NCBI GenBank assembly: GCA_951812955.1
Contig: OX638340.1
Location: forward strand, 896,001 to 960,000
Direction of reading: 5' to 3'
Source: an uncultured Gemmatimonadota bacterium
GTDB lineage: Bacteria; JAAXHH01
DNA: 64,000 nucleotides
Each line of letters opens with the position of its first letter. Position 1 is the first letter of the stretch. The notes below the pieces were generated by a model. It was not told the origin of the DNA. It made no database searches and saw only the letters and a list, made by a program, of their open reading frames with translations. The translations under genes were made by a program, and so were the position numbers. Shown here one piece after another: positions 56,239 through 64,000 of this stretch.

Positions 56239-57072
56239 TTAGCTGCCGGGTTCCCAGAGTGGAACGTAACCCGCCCGTTCGACGACGGCCTGACCCTCGT
56301 CGCTCAGTATCCAATCGACGAAGGACTTGATGGCGCCACGCGGCGAATGGGCGATGTAGAAATACAGGTACCTGTTCAGAGGATAGGTGCCGTCCCGCAC
56401 GGTGGCGGCCGTGGGAAACACACCGTTGATGCTGCAGGGCACAGTCCCCTCGCCAGATCGGATCCCTCCGTATCCGATCGCGTTGGGCCAGCGCGCCACG
56501 GTCTCGACCACGGCCCTGGAAGTGGGCACGATCCGCGCTTGCGGAGTAAAATCCAACTCCTGAAGCACGAATTGGTCGAAATACACGCGCGTGCCCGAGT
56601 TCGGGGGACGGTTTACCACGAGGATAGGTGCTTGCGGTCCATTAACCTGGCGCCAGTTATCGATCTTTCCCGAGAAAATCGCCCTGACCTGGTCGATGGA
56701 GAGATCGCGAACGGTATTCTCGCGATGGACATATATGCTCAGCGCGTCCCGTGCTGTCAGAATGCTCATGCCGAGCGAACCGCGCTTCTCCAGCAACCGC
56801 TTGACTTCATCGGCAAGCATGGTCCGCGAGGCTGCCCCAATATCGGTTTTCCCGGAGATCAACGACTCGATGCCAAAACGGCTGCTTCCGCTTTCGGTTT
56901 CGATGAACACCCCGGGGTGGGCGTCCATGTATGCGAACGCCCACTGCTGCACCAACCGGTTCATCGTGGTCGACCCGGTGATTTTGAATCGTACGGGTCC
57001 ATCCATCACGGGCGGCGCCGCGATACCGCACGATAAAAGAAACAGGCCCGCTATCCCAATGAGTCGCTTCAT
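56239..57072 (-). CDS. PstS-family (PBP-like 2) phosphate/phosphonate-type substrate-binding lipoprotein
   Basis: 277 aa with lipoprotein signal (LFLLSCG) and a GSTTM..NRPPNSGTR pattern typical of PstS-like binding proteins. No permease or ATPase genes adjacent. Confidence 0.6.
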   Translation of the reverse strand: MKRLIGIAGLFLLSCGIAAPPVMDGPVRFKITGSTTMNRLVQQWAFAYMDAHPGVFIETESGSSRFGIESLISGKTDIGAASRTMLADEVKRLLEKRGSLGMSILTARDALSIYVHRENTVRDLSIDQVRAIFSGKIDNWRQVNGPQAPILVVNRPPNSGTRVYFDQFVLQELDFTPQARIVPTSRAVVETVARWPNAIGYGGIRSGEGTVPCSINGVFPTAATVRDGTYPLNRYLYFYIAHSPRGAIKSFVDWILSDEGQAVVERAGYVPLWEPGS

Positions 57073-57092
57073 TTCTCAATCCGCGCCGGCAT

Positions 57093-58751
57093 CTACCGGC
57101 TTTCGATGATGGACCGCAGCCGCGCCACGTTGTACCGTGACTGCGAAACCCATTGCACAGGCCGAAAGGTATCGGCCAGGGCGCCGACGTAGGCGAGCAG
57201 CACCTGGACGTGCTGCCGGACTGCGGCGCGGTTGAACGGCTGTTCGAGATCGTCGAAGGGCGTGTGGTACCGGAGCCGGCCCCAATTAACGAAGATCTCG
57301 ATGCCCGCCTCGCTCGAAAGGTTCTTGAACTGTATCCCTTCCATGAGCAGTATCGCAGGAATGCCTGCCTGGGCAAAAGCGAACTGGTCAGACAGAGCGA
57401 AGGGGTCCAGACCCTGGAACATCAGGGGAATCTGCGAGACCGTCATGTCCAGTTCACCGGCGACTGTTTGCAGCAGTTCTCCCAGGGTGGACAGTTCGGC
57501 GCCGACCCCAATGATATCCCTGAAGGTGTCGACGATGGCGAGTCCATCCACGTTAACCGCCGCCATCGTCCGATGCAGCGGTACGGCCGGGTGGTCCAGG
57601 TAGAATCGGCTGCCGAGCATGCCCTTCTCTTCTCCCGTTACGAAAAGAAAGACCAGAGACCTCCTCGGCGGCTCGGGCATGGCCGCGATCCCGCGGGCTA
57701 TCTCCAGCACACCGGAACACCCCAACGCGTTATCGACCACGCCGTTGTATATGGAATCCGCCAAGACTGGAGGGCCGACTCCCAGGTGGTCGTAATGGGC
57801 CGAGACGATCACGTACTCGTTCCGAAGTATCGGATCGCTGCCCGGCAGGACGCCAATGACATTGGACGAGAAGAACTCGCGCTCCCGGAATCTTCCCACG
57901 AAGCGTAGCTGCGTTTCGAGCGGAAAACTGCGCATTTCGTAATTCAGGTCCATTTCATACACGTCACCCAGACTGTAGGAGGCTCCTTCAAAAAAAACGG
58001 AGGCCCGGGCCGGGTTCACCAGCATGGTCAGGTTCGCGGGCTCACCGTAAAGCAGCGTGACATGCTCGAAGGCGAACATATCCCGCCATTCGCTCCACGT
58101 ACGTCCACCATGTTCCCGGTATGAAGGAATCATGATGCTGCCCACCGCGCCCCTGGACAGGGCCTGGCGCTGCTTCATCCCGGGAATGGAATGGACGGTC
58201 GGTCGTACCCCCTTGAAATAGTCTGTCACTTCCGAGTAGGGTTCGCCCGATAGAAAAACCACGACCGCTCCCTCTACCTGGAGGTCCTGGTAATCGTCGT
58301 AGTCGTATTCCGGCGCGATGATACCATAGCCGACGAACACGATAGGCACCGGCTGGGGTATGATGGTATAGTCCCCAGTGTCGTACAGGAGATAGTCCTG
58401 GACCAATTCGAGTTGATAGACCGTGTCAGCGACAATGACCTGTAACAGGCTACCTGAAAGCGCGTGGCTGCCATGTAGCGGTACACGTTGCAGGTATGAT
58501 CCGTCTTCCGCACCTGGCCTGATTTTCAGGTGCCGCAGTTGGTCTGCAAGGTATTGCGCCGCGGTATCAGCACCCGCGGTGCCCACGGCCCTTCCCATCA
58601 ACCGATCATTGCCCAGGTACTCCGTATGGGACCATATCCGTTCGATGGATACCGATTCCATTGCCATCCGCACCCTGGGGGATAGGGCCTGCTGCGCATG
58701 GCAGGGCGCAACAAGGAGCAATTGCAGCAGCATCAGTGCGTAACGCGGCAT
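57093..58751 (-). CDS. M28-family peptidase (aminopeptidase-like with PA domain), secreted
   Basis: 552 aa with N-terminal signal peptide and M28 zinc-ligand regions (HYDHLG, DNALGCS...EEKG). Confidence 0.7.
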   Translation of the reverse strand: MPRYALMLLQLLLVAPCHAQQALSPRVRMAMESVSIERIWSHTEYLGNDRLMGRAVGTAGADTAAQYLADQLRHLKIRPGAEDGSYLQRVPLHGSHALSGSLLQVIVADTVYQLELVQDYLLYDTGDYTIIPQPVPIVFVGYGIIAPEYDYDDYQDLQVEGAVVVFLSGEPYSEVTDYFKGVRPTVHSIPGMKQRQALSRGAVGSIMIPSYREHGGRTWSEWRDMFAFEHVTLLYGEPANLTMLVNPARASVFFEGASYSLGDVYEMDLNYEMRSFPLETQLRFVGRFREREFFSSNVIGVLPGSDPILRNEYVIVSAHYDHLGVGPPVLADSIYNGVVDNALGCSGVLEIARGIAAMPEPPRRSLVFLFVTGEEKGMLGSRFYLDHPAVPLHRTMAAVNVDGLAIVDTFRDIIGVGAELSTLGELLQTVAGELDMTVSQIPLMFQGLDPFALSDQFAFAQAGIPAILLMEGIQFKNLSSEAGIEIFVNWGRLRYHTPFDDLEQPFNRAAVRQHVQVLLAYVGALADTFRPVQWVSQSRYNVARLRSIIESR

Positions 58752-58994
58752 AAGACCGGTTTCTCGTTTGTGGCTGCGGGTGGCGACCCACTGCCGGTCT
58801 GTTCATCGTAACCTGTTCTTTAGGAAGCGATCCTTCAGCATGCTTCGATCCGATGGCTAGTTCAGCAGGTGGAAAACCAAACCAGGACCACGTATCCTCG
58901 TGATTCAAAATAACGCAAGAACGGGAGCCTGACAATATGCGCGTGGACCGTATGGTTTATTTTCCAGTGGCGGTCGTCTACGCCAATCTGAGAG

Positions 58995-59023
58995 TTGACG
59001 CGTCTCACGGGAATCTTTATATA
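58995..59023 (+). promoter_or_regulatory. putative sigma70-type promoter of the pntAA-pntAB-pntB operon (-35 TTGACG 58995-59000, 17 bp, -10 TATATA 59018-59023)
   Basis: Near-consensus hexamers with optimal spacing in an AT-richer 400-bp intergenic region. Predicts a 5' leader of about 125 nt. Confidence 0.4.
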
Positions 59024-59153
59024 TAGAACTCGGCCGGCCAGGATCCGGCAGTCGCCAATTAAGCAGCGCTTCATGGGCGGGGCCGGACAAGACGACGGGC
59101 CGTTGCCTCCAGGCGTCCTCGATTACCGAGCAAGCATCCAGTCGGAGCACTAA

Positions 59154-60311
59154 ATGACCATCGGCGTCCCTACTGAAACCAGTCCGGGCGAGCGGCGCGT
59201 ATCCATCGTTCCGGCCGGGGTTTCCAACCTGGTGAAGGCGGGATGCGCCGTCCGGGTCTCCGCGGGCGCGGGCCGGGAGGCGGGCATCTCGGACGCAGAA
59301 TACGAAGAAGCCGGCGCCACAGTCGTGCAGGAGCGCGGATCCGTATTCGACGAGTCCGACGTGATCGTGCAGGTAAGAGGCGGCGGCGCGAATCCCGACT
59401 CAGGCATGGCGGACGTGGAGCGATTGCGCGAGGGACAGGTGCTGATCAGTTTCCTGGAACCGTTGTCGGCCCCGGCGGAGATCAAGGCGCTCTCCAACCG
59501 GCGGGTGACCGCCTGCGCCATGGAATTCATACCGCGGACATCCCGTGCGCAAAGCATGGACGCCCTTTCTTCCCAGGCCAACATCGGGGGGTACAAGGCC
59601 GCGCTGGTAGCGGCCGAATACCTGCCCAGACTTTTCCCCATGATGATGACCGCGGCCGGGACCATAACGCCCGCCCACATTTTCGTGGTCGGCGTCGGTG
59701 TGGCCGGGCTGCAGGCCATCGCCACGTGCAAGCGGCTGGGCGCCGTGATCCAGGCCTACGACGTGCGTCCCGCCGTCAAGGAGCAGGTCCAGAGCGTCGG
59801 GGCCCGGTTCGTGGAGCTGGAACTGGATACGGCCGATTCGGAAGGATCGGGTGGGTACGCCCAGGCCATGGACGAGCAGTTCTATGCAAAACAACGCGAG
59901 ATGATGGCCCGCGTCGTATCTGAAAACGACGTCGTGATCACCACGGCCGCCGTACCCGGCAAGCCAGCGCCCGTGCTGGTTACAGAAGACATGATTAAAA
60001 GCATGCGGCCCGGCTCGGTCGTGATCGATCTCGCTGCGGAGCGGGGGGGAAACTGCGAAATCACCGAACCCGGCAGGACCGTCGTCAAGCACGGCGTGAC
60101 GCTCGTGGGCGAGGTGAATCTTCCTTCAACCGTGCCCTTTCATGCCAGCCAGATGTATTCCAACAACATCGTGAATTTCCTTAAGCTGATGATAAACGAC
60201 GGTACGCTTGACGTGGGCATCGACGACGACATCGTGCAAGGCGCAACGGTAACCCGCGACGGCGAGATCGTCAACGAGCAGGTGAGCGCCCTGCTTACCG
60301 AAGCCGGGTGA
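59154..60311 (+). CDS. pntA: NAD(P) transhydrogenase subunit alpha part 1 (PntAA, alanine-dehydrogenase-like dI domain)
   Basis: 385 aa with N-terminus IGVPTETSPGERRVSIVP and Rossmann region VVGVGVAGLQAIA diagnostic of PntAA. Confidence 0.85.
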   Translation: MTIGVPTETSPGERRVSIVPAGVSNLVKAGCAVRVSAGAGREAGISDAEYEEAGATVVQERGSVFDESDVIVQVRGGGANPDSGMADVERLREGQVLISFLEPLSAPAEIKALSNRRVTACAMEFIPRTSRAQSMDALSSQANIGGYKAALVAAEYLPRLFPMMMTAAGTITPAHIFVVGVGVAGLQAIATCKRLGAVIQAYDVRPAVKEQVQSVGARFVELELDTADSEGSGGYAQAMDEQFYAKQREMMARVVSENDVVITTAAVPGKPAPVLVTEDMIKSMRPGSVVIDLAAERGGNCEITEPGRTVVKHGVTLVGEVNLPSTVPFHASQMYSNNIVNFLKLMINDGTLDVGIDDDIVQGATVTRDGEIVNEQVSALLTEAG

Positions 60312-60379
60312 CGGGCGGAGCGACTGCGATCGAAGCCGGGTGACGAGCGGAGCACCATCGAACGAAGCGAGGAGTTCCC

Positions 60380-60661
60380 ATGGGTGAAACCATTGCCATT
60401 CTGACTATATTCGTCCTGGCGGTATTCGTCGGATTCGAAGTCATAACCAAGGTGCCGCCCATATTGCATACGCCGCTCATGTCGGGCTCGAACGCCATAT
60501 CGGGCATCACGATCATTGGCGCCATCCTGTCGGCCGGGGCACAGTACAGCACGCTGACAACCGTCCTCGGCTTCGCCGCGGTGGTCTTCGCGACCATCAA
60601 CGTGGTCGGCGGCTACCTCGTTACCAACCGCATGCTGGACATGTTCAAGGGAAAGGAGTAG
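60380..60661 (+). CDS. NAD(P) transhydrogenase subunit alpha part 2 (PntAB, membrane)
   Basis: 93 aa with three TM helices; typical PntAB sequence (PLMSGSNAISGITIIGA). Confidence 0.8.
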   Translation: MGETIAILTIFVLAVFVGFEVITKVPPILHTPLMSGSNAISGITIIGAILSAGAQYSTLTTVLGFAAVVFATINVVGGYLVTNRMLDMFKGKE

Positions 60662-60665
60662 GCGG

Positions 60666-62066
<1,401 letters not shown>

Positions 62067-62118
62067 CCTCGGCGCCCGCGAATGTGGGAATCAGAAAATA
62101 CACCGGAAGGACCGTCCG

Positions 62119-63300
62119 ATGAGCGCGATAGGAACGCCGTTATCCCCTTCGGCGACCCGGGTTCTGATGTGCGGTTCGGGCGAGCTGGGCAAGGAAGTAG
62201 CCATCGAGTTTCAACGCCTCGGCGTCGAAGTGATCGCGGTGGACCGCTACCCCAACGCGCCGGCCATGCAGGTAGCCCACCGCTCCCATGTCGTGGATAT
62301 GCTGGACCCATCCGCCCTGCGCGCGGTGATCGAGAAAGAAAAACCGGATTATATCGTACCCGAAATAGAAGCCATTGCCACAGACGCCCTGGTGGACCTG
62401 GAATCGGAAGGCTTCAACGTCGTTCCCACCGCGCGGGCCGTACACCTTACGATGAACCGGGAGGGGATACGCAGGCTCGCCGCGGAGCAGCTCGGCCTTC
62501 CCACGTCGCCCTATCGCTTCGCCGGGACCAGCAATGAATACGATCGGGCGGTGAGAGAAATCGGGCTTCCCTGCGTGATCAAACCGGTCATGAGTTCCTC
62601 CGGTAAGGGACAGAGTACGGTCAGAGAAAGATCGGAAGTGTCCGGCGCCTGGCGGAGGGCGCACGACGAGACCCGCGGCGGCGCAGGCAAGGTGATCGTC
62701 GAGGGGTTCGTCGAATTCGACTACGAAATCACGCTGCTGACCGTTCGCCACGCGGGAGGCACGGGTTTCTGCCAGCCCATCGGGCACCAGCAGATCGACG
62801 GCGATTACAGGTACTCCTGGCAGCCCCAGCCCATGAGCGAAAGGGCGTGGGAACGCGCCAGGCGGACCGCGGAGAAGATAACCGAAGCTCTGGGCGGGTA
62901 CGGCGTCTTCGGCGTAGAACTGTTCGTCAAGGGCGACGACGTGGTTTTCAGCGAGGTGTCGCCCCGACCCCACGATACCGGCATGGTAACGCTCATTTCG
63001 CAGGATCTTTCCGAATTTGCCCTGCACGCGCGGGCAGTGCTGGGACTCCCGATCCCCGGGATCCGACAGCATGGTCCTTCCGCCTCGGCGGCGCTCGTCG
63101 TGGAAGGCGAGTCCAACCGGATGAAATTCGACAATCTCGGCGCCGCTGTCTCCCAGCCTGACACGGGCCTGTACCTATTCGGCAAGCCCGAAGTTTCTGG
63201 TCACCGGCGTCTCGGCGTATCCGTCGCCCGTGGACCCAACATCGAATCGGCCCGCGCGAAGGCGGTCCGGGCCATGGAAGCCGTTCGCGTCGTATTGTAA
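62119..63300 (+). CDS. purT: formate-dependent phosphoribosylglycinamide formyltransferase (PurT, GAR transformylase 2)
   Basis: 393 aa with ATP-grasp motifs and PurT N-terminus ([32 protein letters not shown]). Confidence 0.85.
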   Translation: MSAIGTPLSPSATRVLMCGSGELGKEVAIEFQRLGVEVIAVDRYPNAPAMQVAHRSHVVDMLDPSALRAVIEKEKPDYIVPEIEAIATDALVDLESEGFNVVPTARAVHLTMNREGIRRLAAEQLGLPTSPYRFAGTSNEYDRAVREIGLPCVIKPVMSSSGKGQSTVRERSEVSGAWRRAHDETRGGAGKVIVEGFVEFDYEITLLTVRHAGGTGFCQPIGHQQIDGDYRYSWQPQPMSERAWERARRTAEKITEALGGYGVFGVELFVKGDDVVFSEVSPRPHDTGMVTLISQDLSEFALHARAVLGLPIPGIRQHGPSASAALVVEGESNRMKFDNLGAAVSQPDTGLYLFGKPEVSGHRRLGVSVARGPNIESARAKAVRAMEAVRVVL

Positions 63301-63370
63301 CGCCCCGCGCGCATGATCAGTGGGAGAACGCCCGCCACCCGCGGCGCCTGCATCACCGGCGAAAGGAGGG

Positions 63371-64000
63371 ATGATGCAATCGCAGAAGGCAGATGAGATC
63401 AACGTGGACGACCGGGACTGGCGCGCGTTGACCCGGGGCGAGCGTATCCGGATGATCGAAGAGGAGGGCTATCTGATCATACCGGACTGGATCCCGCCCG
63501 GCTATCTGGCGGAACTGAAAGCGGAATGCAGAAAACTCGAAACGGTCGGACGGGACTACAGCGAAAAGCAACGGGGCTGCAGGGATCCCCACCTGAGCAG
63601 CCGGAAACTGGCCGAACTCATCGCCTACGAACCCACTGTCGCATTCCTGGAAGCGTTGTTCGGCGACCGACTCGTTTTTATTCACTATACCTACGACCGG
63701 TCCGAGCCCGGCACCCCTGGCATCAGTCTACATACCGACGGTCAGCCCTACGGATCCAAGATATTCGGTTACGAAGGGAGTTGTCCCATCACCGTGCGGG
63801 TACTCTACTATCTCGACGACCTGACGATGGACGTATCACCTTTCCGGGTGGTTCCAAGGTCCCATCTCTGCATGCACGCGGACGCCCATCCGTACAAAAG
63901 GTACGACGGGCATCCCGAAGAGGTCGTCGTACCGTGCACCGCGGGTTCGGCGCTGTTTCTCAACCACCGGACGTTTCACGGCACCCTGCCCAACAGGGGA
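63371..64000 (+). CDS. phytanoyl-CoA dioxygenase (PhyH)-family protein, 3'-truncated by the window end
   Basis: ATG at 63371 with RBS AAAGGAGGG. The translation MMQSQKADEINVDDRDWRAL...HTDGQPYG... has a PhyH-like His-x-Asp facial triad region. It is not in the ORF track because it has no stop within the window. Confidence 0.55.
   Translation, partial: MMQSQKADEINVDDRDWRALTRGERIRMIEEEGYLIIPDWIPPGYLAELKAECRKLETVGRDYSEKQRGCRDPHLSSRKLAELIAYEPTVAFLEALFGDRLVFIHYTYDRSEPGTPGISLHTDGQPYGSKIFGYEGSCPITVRVLYYLDDLTMDVSPFRVVPRSHLCMHADAHPYKRYDGHPEEVVVPCTAGSALFLNHRTFHGTLPNRG

Noticed and set aside
58937-59026. 29-codon plus-strand small ORF (MRVDRMVYFPVAVVYANLRVDASHGNLYI) with GGGAG upstream
   Set aside because: It overlaps the best promoter elements (-35/-10 at 58995-59023) of the pnt operon. 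No supporting evidence; probably non-coding leader or promoter DNA.

Overview
High-GC (~65%) bacterial chromosomal window, densely coding, with roughly 55 genes. I found no rRNA, tRNA, CRISPR array or mobile-element genes.

Identifiable gene blocks:
- lipB plus 2-oxoacid dehydrogenase E1 alpha and beta
- a MoxR / DUF58 / BatA-like vWA / 1141-aa coiled-coil membrane protein operon (Bat/aerotolerance-like)
- a frameshifted group-II PLP decarboxylase
- lexA
- a three-subunit molybdenum hydroxylase (FAD, 2Fe-2S and Mo subunits), followed by a MoaD-like protein and a DUF167 protein
- Tex overlapping a SelA/DgaE-like PLP enzyme
- a futalosine-pathway menaquinone cluster: UbiD-like, two radical-SAM MqnC/MqnE paralogs and MqnA/D, with a translationally coupled DUF362 gene
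- an IorA-like TPP enzyme flanked by two class-V aminotransferases, plus an acyl-CoA ligase and an M50 protease
- MobA/MocA and RsmI
- hemE (carrying an N-terminal HemD-like extra domain) and hemY
- a SulP permease
- a PBP-like lipoprotein / PhyH / class-III aminotransferase operon
- pntAA-pntAB-pntB and purT

The most unusual thing I can read directly is a repeated pattern of short tandem duplications that copy the last few codons plus the stop codon of a gene. This occurs after hemY, sulP, the DUF362 gene and mobA. Several in-frame micro-duplications inside coding regions fit the same picture. A conserved sigma70-type promoter architecture (CGCTTGACN, 17 bp, TATATT-like) recurs upstream of several genes, and three of those promoters share a 12-mer, GTCAAGCGATTA. 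Gene symbols are given only where the family is unambiguous. All product calls are from reading the translations, with no database search.
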